Positions 37,954 through 53,400 of a DNA stretch of 64,000 nt are shown in pieces. The notes under the pieces are model-generated. The model was not told the origin of the DNA. It saw only the letters and a list, made by a program, of their open reading frames with translations, and did no database searches. Where the stretch lies: the NCBI GenBank assembly GCA_001938485.1, contig MQRK01230469.1, forward strand, positions 1 through 64,000, read 5' to 3'. The DNA comes from Girardia tigrina (lineage: Eukaryota). Made by a program: the position numbers and the translations under genes. Numbering within the stretch: position 1 is the first letter of the stretch; every line of letters starts with the position of its first letter.

Positions 37954-38416
37954 TCCAGCCGCAGTTTACTGGTGGCACTGTATTCCTTTCTCTACGCTTT
38001 TCCAACTGTTATCCATCTCAGTGCACTCTTTCTTCAGTTCAGCTGCAATTGATTCTTTCTTCTCTTTTAAAAGTAATTTGTCCAGTCTTCTCTGCCTTTG
38101 AGGTTTCCTTCTCCTATATCTTGTGATAAAAAATTTGTGTTTTTTCTTTTAAATTCTTCTGCATTTTATATTCTTTCTGTTCTTATAACTTAATCATATT
38201 TACTAAATTAAAGTTCTATTTTCCCTTTCAATATACTTTTCTTAAAATTCTTCATTTGAATATTTACCTTTTCTTTAAATTTTATCTCTATTATTTATAT
38301 ATATTCTATATTTATTTAAATAAAAAAGTAAACATTCTGTTTTACTTATTTAATTAGAACAATAATTATATAAAATATTTTTTCTTTATACTTTACTCAA
38401 CAAATACAACAAATGT

Positions 38417-38860
38417 GGTGTCGGAAAATTCGTCCTCAGGAAAATTGGTGTTTTATTAATAAATAAAAAATAATATTGTGTTAAATTTATTGATTAAAAT
38501 GCATGTCGATTTCTTGAGTACTGATTAATAGGATCTGTTAGTTTTTAAGATAAATATTACAAAAATATTCCAATACTTGGAACGAAATATACACTTCAAA
38601 TATAAAATAATTTTTATATATTTTAAAAAAATTTATTGATCCAAATTACATTTTCAGATTTTTTTTAACTTAGAAGTTAAAATTAAATGTAATAGCTCTC
38701 AGATATTCAATATTATTATCTTATGCAAAACACGGAATAATCTGAAAATTCGTTCCCTACTATTTTTAATATAGTCATTTTTTACTTTAATTTTGAATTA
38801 TTTAATTATTTAATTTTTCTGGGAACAAATTTTTTCCGGGTACGAATTTTCCGGATCTCC
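38417..38860. mobile_element. Mutator-like MITE
   Basis: Imperfect TIR GGTGTCGGAAAATTCGT / ACGAATTTTCCGGATCTCC. Confidence 0.5.
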
Positions 38861-39121
38861 CTTATTGAACCCTAATTATTTAACCTTAGAAATTATCGAA
38901 GAATTTCACTTGATCATTTTTGGCTAATTCAGATCATTTGGCTAATTACGTTTTCAGCGCATCCGAATAGTTAAGTATTAGTTCTGCTTTTAAAAGAGTG
39001 AGGCCGATTGAAGCGTAGAAAAAGAAAATATTTACGAAATTGGATTAAAAGGATAAAACGTTGAAGTACGACAATTTGAATCGAAGCAATCTCGTCGACA
39101 AATTAAAGAGTGAACTGATAT

Positions 39122-39470
39122 ACAGGGTTGTCAACTAAGTTTTTTCCAATGCATTTTTCGTTGTATCTGGAGATCTTTGACCGCTAAGAAATCCAAATTT
39201 GGTGAGCATATTGTATGATTAATATACATTATAACTATAAAAAGTTTATTAATATTTATTTCAGTTTACATAATAAAAAATGTAATAAATTAAAAATTGT
39301 TTATTTAGAGTAATACGATATTATAATATTTTTGCAATTTTTCAAAGTAAACTATGAATTTCAACAGAGAAAACGTGAGAAAGCTTATTTTCTATTGTTG
39401 GAAGCTTAAATTATCAGCTGTAGACATTGAAAAAGAGATAAACAACACACTGGGAGAAGGAACAAGTTTG
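39122..39470 (+). mobile_element. mariner 5' end remnant
   Basis: TA|CAGGGTTGTC end followed by MNFNRENVRKLIFYCWKLKLSAVDIEKEINNTLGEG (mariner N-terminal HTH). Confidence 0.55.
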
Positions 39471-39749
39471 TATATTTGTGTATTTAAAATCAAATCATGA
39501 GGACATAAATTGTTCAACTAAAAATCCAAAATCATTTGAGAGAGAGAGAGTATAATGCGCAGTTTTTGACAACAAAACCTTAAAATAAGCACAGTGAGCT
39601 TATTTTTGGGTACTCTTATTTTCGGAAAATCCCGGTATATAAATAATTACATATTTGTTAAAAATCAGTCATCTTTGCATTCTTTTTAAAGATAACTTTT
39701 AAATCACCTCCATACGCCAGCAATAATAATAAGAAAATTTTTTATTAGT

Positions 39750-40027
39750 AGGACACGGAATTTAATGACCTTAAAAATCAAAAAAATGACTCTTTTTATT
39801 TCCTCTCTTTCCGTTTGAAATATTATTTTCTTCTTCCCTTCTGTCAATTATTAATAATAATAATAATCATTGATAACAGAGTGGGTGGCGCAGTGGTGTG
39901 ACTGCGGCGGATTGGTGACGGTGGCGACTATATTGGCAGAATGGAAGTCGAAAATAATATCTCACCCGGAAAGAGAGGAAATAAAATAGTCATTTTTTGA
40001 TTTTTAAGGTAATTAATTCCGTGCCCC
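39750..40027. mobile_element. MITE with ~65-bp TIRs
   Basis: GGACACGGAATT...TTTCCTCTCTTTCCG is inverted at CGGAAAGAGAGGAAA...AATTCCGTGCCCC. Confidence 0.7.
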
Positions 40028-41416
40028 AGTTATTAGATTCAAATATTCGTTCTTTTTAAATAAGTGTTAAGTATATAAAAAATAAAGATTAAAAAATTAA
40101 ATATTTTGTTTTAATTAATTGGGTCAAATAAAAAATTATTTACCCTTTTATGATAATAAATATAATTTATATATAAATAATTGNNNNNNNNNNNNNNNNN
40201 NNNNNNNNNNNNNNNNNNNNNNNNNNNNNNNNNGATTAATTGAGCAGATCAAGTTTAAGTCAAGAATCCAAATCGTCGATCAAGTTACGACTTAAGAATT
40301 CTAAAAAGAGAGCTGATCAAGTTACACTTAAACTCTAAGTGTCTAGACGGTCGACGAACTAATTTGCATCAGAGCAATTATATAAGTCTCTGATCAAAAT
40401 CTATTGANNNAAACTAAAGATTTCGGATCTCAGTGCAACAATTAGAAAAGTACGATTATCGGCTAAAAACATATAATTTATATATTATTTAATATATTTT
40501 TATATATATCTAAATTGACCGGAGGTAAACGTTGCGTTTCCTCCCCTACCCAATATTTAAAATCTTGAATAAGTTTAAGTTCTTTTTCAAATATAATTCT
40601 AAATTGTAATTTTTGTATAAAGTGAAAATATATATTTTTATTTAAAAGTCTCGTTTTCGTTTCTCATTTGAATAAATCATTTTAATCACACCTATATACC
40701 AACATAAGGATAAATTAAAATATAATGATTAGCTTTACAAGCAAAGAAATTGTCGCTATATGTTTAAAATAGAAAGATTTTTCATTTTTGATTTTAAATT
40801 TAACCGAAAATTATTAAAAATTTATGAAAATTTTTCTAATTTATTTTTAATAGAAAAGAATTTACCCAAAAAAACATCTAGAAAATACAAATACAAAATG
40901 ATATTTTTTTAAACTATAATTTTATTGACCAAAATTTTTCTAGCAATTTTAATTTTAATATTAAGAAAATCATTTTTTAAATAATGAAGTAAAAATAAGT
41001 AAATACTTTTCATTTATGTTTTATATTTCCTAAGTTAATAAAAAACAGAAAAAATATACTCAAAATTATTGATTAGTAATTATTTTTAAAATACTTTGAC
41101 GAAACGTTAAATTTTGTACAACAAAAATTTCTAGACGAAAATTTTATTTAAATTGAAAAACAAAACATTTTTTCCCATAATGAAATAAAAAATTATTAAT
41201 TATGAATTTATTCTATTAAATCAACATTTGTTTTAAAATGGATTTTGTAGAACACGCATTTGAAAATTAAATTTCGCATTTTATTAGTGAGAAAGTTGTT
41301 TTTCATTTTGAGTTTTGTTTTGATAATTTGAGATTTCCGATTTTTTTTTGCTTTTCGGGTTTTTTGATCTTTTCTCTGTCCGTTTGTATCGAAAATCAAT
41401 CAGAATCGCGCCAATC

Positions 41417-44400
41417 ATGACAGATTTGGAATTGGCCAACAACAGTTCGAATATTTTGAAATCGAACTCGAAAATTCCGGTGTCGAATTACCGGACGAAA
41501 TCAACGAATGACGACGTCGAGTCGATCTCGTTCAATAATCGCTGCGGATTGTTTGCGTGGCGACCGAATTGTCTACAAGTAATAAGAAAATGATAAATAT
41601 CGCGAAGTACTTTTGTTCTTGGAGACGTGAGAGAGATGGAAGAAGAAGATAGAGAGATTAGGAGATAGAGTGAGGAACTAGATTGAGAAGATGAAGTCAG
41701 AAGAGATGAGATAGTTTAAGGACAGAGAAGATAGAATTTGGGTTCACTGTAACTTTTTCGAAAATGACATCTTCGAAAACGAATTATTCGAACGATAAAT
41801 TCTTCGAATGCATTTTTTTCGAAAATGCTAAATATTTTTAAGTTTTTCTAGTTAGTTTTTTTGAAGGTATTTGTATGTTTTGCTCGCTATTCGAAGCCAT
41901 TGTTTGACTAACTTAGCATTTTCGAAATTGTTTGAAGTACATATTCTCGAAAAAAAGTGCATTGGAAGAATTTATCACTGGGAGGAAGTGTTTTAATAAC
42001 TTAGTGTTTTCGAAGAATTCCTAAAAAAATCATTCGAAGAATTTATCGTTCGAAAAAATCGTATTATAAGAACTCGTTTTCGAAGCACAAGTCGGATACC
42101 TAGATTAAAGTGAGGGCGAGGAGCTAGGATTAAAATTAATGGCTATGAGTTATGGCTGAAATCCATGTTAGACTAATGCAGCGTTTGGAGGTAAAATTAA
42201 CGTTTAATACTTAGTATTAAGATTAAGTGTTAAAGGAAGGATTTAATGTCAAAATCAAAGGTTAGTTGTTAAGATTACGAATAAAGTTGGAAAGTCAATG
42301 TTTATATTAATGGCTTGGGTTATAGGGTTATGGTTATTAGTCAAGGTTAAGATAACTGTCTAGATATTGGGGATGTACTTGGTTATTAATCCACATCTGT
42401 TTAATTGTATAAATCAATTTAAATTACCTAAATCGGGCAATCATTTTGTACATTATCTTTGTTTTTTTTGTGAGAAATTTCGTTTTAAAACATTTTTTTC
42501 AATAATTTTTAAAAAATATTTATTATTTTATTTTCGGGTGTAGTTCCGTTATGGGTCCAAGCAAAACTAAAAATATGACAATGTATAAAAAATTTTAAAC
42601 AACCCAGAAAAAAATATTTTTAAATTAAAAAAAAAATTATTTAACTTTTTTTAATTAACCTAATGTGAAGAGAAAATATCTAGATTGGTTGCGCAATCAC
42701 TAACGTCACTGACTTATTCTGGAAAATTATTTTTAAAAAATATTTATACGCTGATTTCAAAATGAAATAAATGGTTACAAATTTTTTTCCAATTATGCCC
42801 AATACATTTTATATATCCGAATTTTTTCAATTTAAAATTGAATATTTTTTTGGAATTGTTTTCTCTATTTTTTAAATTATTTTCAGTTAAATTTTCCACC
42901 GAAAAATAAGTCAGTGATTACACAATAAATATTGATATTCTCCCTAAACATTTGGTTACTTAAAAACATTAAATAAAATTTTAAAATATTTGGGTATAGT
43001 TCCGTACGGGCTTAAGCAAAAATAAAAGTATGACAATATATAAAAAATTATCAGCATTGTAGGAAAAATAATTTCAAATTAAAAAAAAATATTTAATTTT
43101 TTTAAGCAACCTCAAATAACGTATATTAAATACGTAATCGCTGGCTTCTCCCACTTATTTTCTGTATATTTTTAAATTTAACTTGTTTTTTGTCTCATTT
43201 TTTAAAACTATATTTATTCTCATTTTTGCATAAAAAATTAACTAAAAATAATTTTAAAAACTATTCCAAAAAATTATTCAATTTTAAGTACAGGCATACC
43301 TTGTTTAGCGCTCATATTGCGTTCCTGAAAATTGAGCGTTTACAGAAACAGCGTTAAAAGAACAGCTATTTACACTAAAATAACCAATTTTTTTGTATTA
43401 CAAATAATGTTTTTTTTTATTTTGAAATAAAATTTTTATTTCATTTATACTTCATTTAAAAATTAGAAAATAAATTAGAATTCAATATAACAAAACAATT
43501 TCAATAAAAACAAAAAAATATATTAATACATATCACAAAATAAAGGCGTAAATTTATATTTAACTATTTTTTTAAAAATGTGGGTAAGCTTGTTTGCTTA
43601 AACAGTTTTCTTTTTTCTTTTAAAATTTCCATGTAGGGTGATAAAGTGTTCATTACTCCTCGTTTTATAGCGCAGGACCTTTCAAAATTGGGATCATTTT
43701 CACTTAAATCTTCTAAGGCATTTTGGATTAGATTATGTTCCAAACATTTTTTCATTAAAATATTTTCTGTCAAATCTTCTGTTTCTAGCGTAGTCTCCGC
43801 AATTTCTAGCTGAATTTGTGATAAACTAGCTATCTTCATTGGAGATACCATGGTCATCACTTTCAATTAGTTCTTGAATGTTTCCCTCATCAACTTTGAC
43901 TACTGGTGAATGAGTTACTCACATAAAGTTCTGTTAAATTGTTTTTATTTGTACGATACAACTTCTAATAAATTCTGTTGCTATATGAAACAGTTGGTTC
44001 CCAAAATAAAATGTTTTTTATGATACCTACATATCATAAAAAAACATTTTATTTTTGCTTTTCTAAATAGTAACAATTTTCATATGAAATTAGAAAAAGA
44101 AAACCTTTTAAAAAATATTTTGAAAAATTATTTTTTTTTCATAAAATCAAAAGAGCGCTATAACGAAACAGCGCTAAAAGAGGTAGTGTTAATAGAGGTT
44201 TGCATAAAAAAATTTATTTATAAAATATATTAAATATTACAATTTTTTATCATTCTGAAATCGTGGTACAAATATTTCCTAAATTAAGTCAAATAATTTC
44301 TAGAGTAAGACATTGAAGCAAGTGATTTAAAATTTTCAATAAATACACATGTTTTCCATTGAGATTTTGTGACTTCAAAAACATTTAAAATATTTTTTTT

Positions 44401-47400
44401 AAAAATTTAAAATTATTTTTCCTGGAATGCTGATAATTTTTTTATATATTGTCATATTTTTATATTTGCTTTGGTCCGTACCGAACTACACCCTTATTTT
44501 ATTTTCTAAATAAAATATCAATTTCTAAATTTTCAATATCAATTTTAATTGAAAAATTAATAATTTTACTTTAAAAGAAAATTGATTTTCTTTGTTTTTG
44601 AAAAATAAAGTTAAAATTTTCAAATATTAACTGAAAATTGAATAAAAAATTAAAAGTAAAAAAAAAACGAAATGAAATCTGAAAAAAACAAGTATTTTTA
44701 CATTAAAAAATCGATAATTGTTTTTACAAATTTATCGATATTAAATCCCAAATAAACAAAATAAAACAAAATGTTTTTTGAAGTAAATTAAATCAATGAT
44801 TAAGTATTTGTAAATAATCAAATATTAACTGCAAAATTAAACAAAAGAATTCAAATATAAACTCTTAAAATAATAGCAGAATTAAATTTCTAATAAATCC
44901 GAAACCATCGAGACATTTAAACAATTTAAATATGATTGTGCTAGATATTCTCAAACCGATGGGGACCCATAACCAAATACAGTAAAGGTTTAGATTAAGG
45001 TTCAGTGTTACGAGATTAGATGATGTTACGTGCGTTTCTTAAAAGCATGTCAGTGGACATTGTTACAAGTTAAGATTAAAATTGAAAGGAAACCGGATTT
45101 AAAACGTAAAGATTAGGTACAGTTTTCTCATAATTCAGTGCCAAATTATTTATCGTCTTGCTGTGAAACAATAAATATCTTTTATTTCTGTCAAACTCCA
45201 GAATTGAAGTATTCGCAAAATTCGATTTTTTTCTTGATCTATCGGGTTTTAATTGATTTTCAGAGATTCAGAAGTATTTATTTGTTTTTGTTGACAATGT
45301 GCCTCGTGTGTATCATTCAAACGGCATTGTCGGCCGGTTACATGAGCTCTCAAATCACGACACTCGAGCGTCGTTTTTCTCTTGACAGTTACATGCTCGG
45401 GGTCATTCAGTCTTTCTTTGATGTTGGTTTCATCGCGTCTGTTGTGTTTGTTGGTTTTTTTGGAGGTCAAGGTCGAATACCTCTCTGGATCGGCTGCGGG
45501 ATGCTCATTATGAGTCTCGGGGCGTTCTCTTTTGCCGTACCAGAATTCATTACGACTTTCCATGTGAGTTTTACTAATCGATTCGATTATTACTATTATT
45601 TATTTTTTTACTACTTGTCAATTTGCTTTTCGATTTTGTTATTACAATAAATTTTATTGAAACAATTAGAAAAATAATATTTGTATTTATACACTCAAAA
45701 AATCAGTGCAATTTGTGTGCAGGGAATATTATTTCACAAATAATTAAATATTAAAATTAATAATGCCATTCAAAACAACTAAATTTTATTGTCTGAATTT
45801 GTGTAACAGCTGAATTCACTAACTATATGAAAAAGTTTCATTTTAATATGAAAAATATCAATATAAAATGAAAAAATATCGATTTAATATGAAAAAATAT
45901 CGATTTAATATGAAAAAATATCGATTTAATATGAAAAAATATCGATTTAATATGAAAAAATATCGATTTAATATGAAAAAATATCGATTTAATATGNNNN
46001 NNNNNNNNNNNNNNNNNNNNNNNNNNNNNNNNNNNNNNNNNNNNNNNNNNNNNNNNNNNNNNNNNNTATCGATTTAATATGAAAAAATATCGATTTAATA
46101 TGAAAAAATATCGATTTAATATGAAAAAATATCGATTTAATATGAAAAAATATCGATTTAATATGAAAAAATATCGATTTAATATAAAAATATCAATTTA
46201 TTATGCAAAATAGTCTCGAAATGTAAAATTTTATTCATAGTTATTATACATTCTTTCTGGATGGCGAGCCGAATTGCGAGCGTCTTTACATTGTATCTAT
46301 AAAACATTTTTTTTCATATTAAATGTTAAGATTCATTTCATAATTGAATTAAAAAAACTTTACAAAAATTCATTATATACAAATTGTGTAGTAATTTTAA
46401 AAATTATTGGGAAAGAACGTTGTTATTTCGTCTTTGTATTTCTCTTGCAGAAACTTTATATCTTGACCATGTCATCCTTCTCTGTATATTTTCTTACCGA
46501 TTATAATTTCAGCTGGACTCTTGCTCATTATTTTCTGAAAAGTTGCGTTTACGTCACTTTCATTATTAACAGATTCCATTTTCATAACTCAACACCAAAA
46601 TTTTTTTAATGATTTTCTTTATTATATCATTTTTAATTTTAAACTTGTATTTATTTGCTTTTTTTTAAACTTTCAAATTAACAAAATAATAAACTATTTT
46701 GGTGAAATTCAAATTTAAATTGACCCCACATACAATCAATTACATCAATAAATTCCAAAAAAATCCCACCCCAAAATTATTTACCTCTTTAAATTTCTAT
46801 ACGATTTAAAATTCAGATAATTTTAAATATGTTATGAAATAAATAAAATCAAAACTTAAAGATCGCATAAAATATACATTTTTTTACCACGTTTTTCTTA
46901 GCTTGGTTTCTTGTCTGTTTGTCTTTCTGTCTGTCTGTCTTTCTGTCTGCCTGGAACAAATCTTGCGATTGATTTTTCGACCACTTTCAGTCATCCAATT
47001 GAGCTGATTTTTTTTATACAGGCTTGTTTCCGATGACAATACAATATTTTAAAACACTTACGGCTCTACATAAACCGCATATGCTATAATTTAACTTTAT
47101 GAAAAAAATCAATAATATTAATTAATACGTACAAAAAAATTATTTTGAAATAAAACTTGCTTTTATTAAAATAAAACTTTGTTATTTTGGTTTTATTATC
47201 ATTTCTGTTATTCGAAATCAATCGAAATATTTGAATTCCTAAATGATAACTAAAAATAGTTAAATAGTATTATTAATAAAAATTTTTTATAAAAACAACC
47301 ACGTTTTTCAAGCATTACCAATGCACTAAAAATAGGAAAATAATTTTTTTCTAGACATGTGAGAAATTTTATACCTAACCAAAAACGTGGGGCATAGAAA

Positions 47401-50400
47401 TGATCGATTGTTACTAAAAAAAGAGGAAATAGCAGTTACTAATAGCAGTAATTCAGAAATCGGCCCCACGTTTTTGGTTAGGTATAAAATTTCGCACATG
47501 TCTAGAAAAAAAATTATTTTCCCCTTTTTAGTGCATTGGTAATGCTTGAAAAACGTNGTTGTTTTTATAAAAAAAAATTTTTATTAATAATATTATTATA
47601 AAATAATACTGTTTTTTTTGCCCAATTTTTTTCCTCTACCTCCTTAAATTAAAAAAAAATCGAATTTTCGTTTGGAATTTAGAGAGGTTTTACAGTAATA
47701 TAATAGTTATTGACTGATTTTTTGATACTTGATTTTTAACGATTAATTTTTTAACAGGAAATTGTTAATGATTGGGGTTGATTATCATTGCTATTTACTA
47801 TTCAGGCTACCCAGAATGTCGGTTATCAAAGCGTGCCCGTTTGTCATTCGAGGGCATCGGGTAATTACTCGATAAACGGCAACTCGAGTGACAGTGGGGA
47901 CTGTGTGTCCGGTAACAGAGCCAATTGGCTTGTCAAGCTGCTCTTTATCATCGGTCAGGTTTTGATCGGATGTGGCTCGAGTCCCGTGTTGTCTTTGGGG
48001 CCGACTTATATCGATGATCATGTCATTCCGACTTTTGCGCCTCCCCTTATTGGTACTTATTGATTATTATAACTAGTATTGCTTTATAAGGGTATCCAAA
48101 TCCGGCGGGTAAATAAGGGGGATCTGGTCAAAAATCGAAATTGATTATTAAAAAAAATTATTTTTTATAATCAATACCGAATTAAATTCAATTGACTCCA
48201 AGTTGTGTAAAGTTTGAAGTAAATTGATTGAGTAAAAGGCCTTTAAAAATAGGTTTCTAAATTCCTGAACTTGAATACGGAAATTTGGTTATTTCTTTGT
48301 GTACCGTGTCCTTGGAAATTGCAAAATTTTGAAAGAAAGTTCAATATTTAAACCATACGATACACGTAATATAATGATGGTAAGAAACGCATTAAATCGC
48401 TTGTAGGGGATGGGGCAAGGTAACCACGTGTCATCGATACCATTGTAGGAAGCCTGTGTCTTTGTTTGATTGCCACCAGAGAAAAGGATCTCAAAATATT
48501 CATCTGCACTTTCTCAAACAAATCAATGGGCTAAACACTGTTTCAGAGTTCGTTGAACTGTGGTGTGTTATTTGATATTAGTAGTAGAAGATGAAGGTAA
48601 GTGGCACTCTTGTTTATTTTCCTGGAGGCGAGCAAGCTATTTGGAATGTTGAAAGCCAAGATGTGTTATTATTGAAGAGATACCGAATTTCTTTTCCCTG
48701 TATTCTGATCGTCCACAAGCAAAGTAGTCCTGACTTACTTCACAGATTGTTAAAATTGTCTCGGTACGATGGATATCAAGAAATTACACACACTCTTTGG
48801 TGAATTCATAGTAATTACCGTATAACTGCATCTGTAAAAGTATCATTTTTGAGGCCTTATTGTAACATCACTTGCTTTTTATAATCGAATTAATCTATGA
48901 GAGTTTCTAATTCTTGTAAACATTGATCAACAAAACCGGTAGAATTTTGCCTTTAAAAAGAATGATTAATACACCTGTTGAGATAACTCACACATTTGAC
49001 AGAATATTTATTATATTCACAATTGTTATCATCTTTATGACAATCAATAGTATTGCTTTCACTTAGATCCATCACTCAATTTTCAATAACAAAATCAATA
49101 AACTTATTTAAAAGCTGCAATAATAAAAATTAAAAATTTGAATATTAAATCTAAATTTAAATAAATTAGTTTCGGATTATAAAAAATTAAATATTGATAA
49201 TCCATCTGGTTAGGAGAGGCACAATCCCAAATCAATATACAACATTTAAACATGCAAACACTACACAAAAACATCGACACACCAAATTTTCCTCACAACA
49301 CCAAGGCCCCGCTTTGCGTTCCGAAAGTTGAGACGCTAAATGAGATTCGACACATAACGAATATATTGATCAGAAAGTCTGTTACAATATATCTATCCAA
49401 ATATAACAAATGTTTATCAAGAAATAGTACGAAAATTGCGCTCTTAATCCATTAAAACTAATCGATAATATAAAATCAGTAAAAAGTGAGTGTGCATTAT
49501 AAATATAATTATCAAAACTTCTTTCAAAATCAAAATTTACTTTTTAAAAAATTTTTCCAGTGGTTTGTACTGCATTGTCTTTTGTTCCGCATAAATTTCT
49601 TTATAGCAATTTATGCTACCCAGAACTGATATGTTTACCCTCGAACTTCTTTCGTGATTACGGTCATCTTGATTAAATATCTGCAGAGCTTGATCAATTA
49701 ATTGAAAAGCTTGAGCTAAACATTTCGTCGTTAACGTTTGTTCTACGACAATATCTTCGATTTTTTCCTCAGAATCACTACTGTGTGCTGTCTGAAATTC
49801 AATTTCCATTAATTGAGAAGTCGTTATCTCTTCATTGTGCGAATCCAATAGTTCTTCTACATCTTCGACCTCTATTCCTTCAACTTGCAATGCGGATGCT
49901 AAGTCAACTATCTCTTTAATTGCAGTTTTTTGCAGAACGTTTTCATTGTAATATTATCAATTCCTTCCGTGGCTGTGAAAAGTTCCCTGAAAGTTCGGCC
50001 CCATGGTCCATTGGTTGTAATATTGCAGTTGTGTTTGGGGGCACATAAACGAACTTTATATTTTCTGAAAGTTCATCCAAATCAACTGGATGATGACTTG
50101 GTGCGTTGTCCAATACAATTAGAATTTTAAATTCTAAACGTTCTTTCTCACAATATGACATTAAATTATAAAATTAAATTTTATGTCAAAAAATAAAAAA
50201 AATCAATCGACGCATAACGAATAGACGCATAGCGGGGCTTTGGTGTATCTAACGTATTTCATAAAATGTTATTTTATTGTAAAATTACTTAATTATACTT
50301 TATAATAATCTGACATTGACTCTGTGGCCACATTCAATTTGTTTGAAACGATATTATGGAAAAAGACCGGTTCACATTTTTAATTATTTGATTTTTGTAA

Positions 50401-53400
50401 ATTATTTGCATAAAGAACAACTTGTTGACACTACAATAACTTGTTTAACTGTGGTCAACTATCTGAAGAAAATGCGCTTGATCTCGGAGGATATTGTTCA
50501 ATGAATTTCGACAAGACAAATTATAATTTAAGAAATCGCATTCTAAGTATAATCTATCTGTTTTTTTGTGACTTACGGGAAAGATTGTGAGCAGCAATTG
50601 ATTATTTTCTCTTGAAAACTTTTGGTACTTACAATGTCATGGTAATAATACCTGACATTATATGACGTATAATAATAATACCTTAAGATTTGCCTTATCT
50701 CTTACATGATTTTTTTTAACGAGCAAATGTAGGAAAACTTTATAAGTAGTGATTTAACATGTCATTCTTTCGCAGTAAATACATTTCTTTATTTACCAAA
50801 TTAAGAATTATATTATGAAAAATGTATTCGAGCAAAATATAAAAAGCAAAAATTAACTGTTGGAAGGTTTAAAAAAATATTAAAACGTTTTTATTTGACG
50901 AATAAAAGTCGAAAAAATATTAAAAAAAATAACTGATTATTTTAAATAAATCTAAAATTTGGATTTTCGATAAAGATTATTTGGATTTCTTCGTTTTTTT
51001 TGTACTGTTTAACTACATCATTAAGGGTAAAATAAAGATGATTAACCTGTTACAAAACAATTACACCTAATTCTGTTTTTACATGGTAGATACGTTTCAG
51101 AAGAATTCGTGTTGAAATATTCAAAAGGTATCCAAACGATTTCATGTGTCAAATATAAATTATAATCCATTATTAAATGAAGTCAGCTCAATTCTCTGGA
51201 CACAACCTCTTAATATTTAAGGATTATATTTCGTTTTCCATGTCTTTTTGGAACTGAATTTCATTCGGTTTATTATTTATTTAATGAATAAAGAATTTAC
51301 ATTTCTCTTCTGAATCGATACTAATCCACGTTCTTTTCTTATATCGTTTATATTCACGTAATTTACTCTTTATTTAATAAATTCATAATAGTAGTTGTCA
51401 CAAATAATTAAAAAGCTCTAATGGATAATGGCAACAACATTAAAAACGAACACAAGTCATAAATATCAATAAGCAAACACCGCGGCTCTCATAATCCCAA
51501 GATATTTGACATGCATTATTTCTGGAAATAATATCTATGATGTTATCGAGATTAAATCAAAGAAGTTTTTAATGAGATGGATATCAGTCAATTTTTAGAA
51601 ATTTTTATTTAATTCCGAAAAGAGAATTTTTAATAGTGGCGTGTTTTGATTACATGTTATAATAATCGGCATAATTGTAAATATTCGGTCTTTGACGATC
51701 CCCCCCCCAATGCCACATGCAATAAATCCAAGACCATAGTAAAAAACAATTTGTTATTTATGAATTTTTCATTCCTTCGATAATTGAGAATTGAGATTTA
51801 TCTTTACTTAATTATCTGCCTATTTCATCAAAATATCACATAATACTCCATTAAAATACCCCCCATAAATGTAAATCGATTCAGCGTTATTGTATGCATC
51901 AAGCGCGTTGGGACCCGTGTTTGGTTTTGGGCTGGGGGCCACAATGCTCAAGTATCCTGTCAGTGGCAAGTTATCACCGGGAAGTCGGCCGGGGGATATC
52001 GATTGGATAGGAGCGTGGTGGGGAGGATATGCTTGTTTAGGTGAGGCGAGAGACCATACTTATCGATTGGGAATGTTTGACTTACGTTGACAGGAATTTG
52101 CGGAGCGATAATGGCGATTTTTCTTTTTATGTTTCCCAAGCAAGTGAGAAAACTTCGACAAACGAAACCGTTGAATTCTTTCCTGTGTTTTTCGAAAAAG
52201 AAACAAAGTAAAGATTAATTTAAAAAATAAAGAAGTTAAGAAAAAGAAATTATCAATTGGTTTTGTTCTCCCAGAAGATAATTCGAATGTCGATGGAACG
52301 AATAACATGAAAATAACGAAAAACGATTATCAAACTGCTCCGACAAGAGAACCGTTAATGAAAATCAAAACGGATAATCTCACCGATAAAAGCAAATCAT
52401 TTGGTTCATCGGTTCCCGAGTTACAAAGTGAAGTGAGTCGACAAATGTCAAACGCATCAATAGCCAAAGAATATGGGAAAAATCTGAAAGGTAACATTTC
52501 TCTGATTGAATTAATTTCTATATTTCTATATTTATTATATTTATTATATTTATATATAATTATATTATATTTATATTATTATATTATTTATTATATATTT
52601 ATTTTTATACATTATATTTTAATATTTTTAATTGTATTTCGTTCTTAATTATTGATAATTGGTAAAAATATATTGTTATTGACATTTTGTGTGGCGGCCG
52701 AGAGGAGGCGCTTATTGTCTCATTACTGATAATGACAAATCAATGTAATTGAGACTCGTCAGAGAGCGATCATGATGATAATGAGCGGTGTGTGCGTGTG
52801 TGTCGAGATAATCTGCTTGTATGTCTCGATATTAATGAGAGTCATGTGTGTATCGGTTATTATTAATCGATAACGATTGCGGCGCTGCTGTTTTTTGCTT
52901 TTTTAATCGGCATTCGATATCCGGATATTGCTGTCATCGATGTCATCATTGATTGATTAATGCGCTGCACTTTGCCGATAATTGTTTCAGACTGCTTTCA
53001 GATATGTTCTTTTTATTTATTTCTAATTTACAACTCATAATAACTTATCCAAAAACATATTCACATAAAAAATGATTTATGATTAGATCTAAGTTACTTT
53101 TAAATTACGTCTCGTGTCCGTTAAATAACACAATTATATCAATTATTTATTCATTCGCTAAGATTTTGATCGTGAAAAAAGAATGGCAAAAACGACATTC
53201 AAAATAGTCTGATAATAATTTGACAATTCCTTTGATACATAAAACATAATCTACATTAATATTCACAACAGAAAATACGATTATTCTCTGAAATAATTTG
53301 GAACGAAAATTATTTGTCGAATTTTTCTTGTAATATTATTTATAGGTTTTTATCGCTTTTGAATCTAACTCAATTTTCAGAATTTTCCCAAATAAATTAC

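Noticed and set aside
45868-46077. (MKKYRFN)n ORF or CRISPR-like array
   Set aside because: Plain 21-bp tandem minisatellite in an intron, with no spacers
48090-51750. Possible large decayed DNA transposon around the Tigger remnant
   Set aside because: Coding-like composition, but I could not support any TIR/TSD pair or motif
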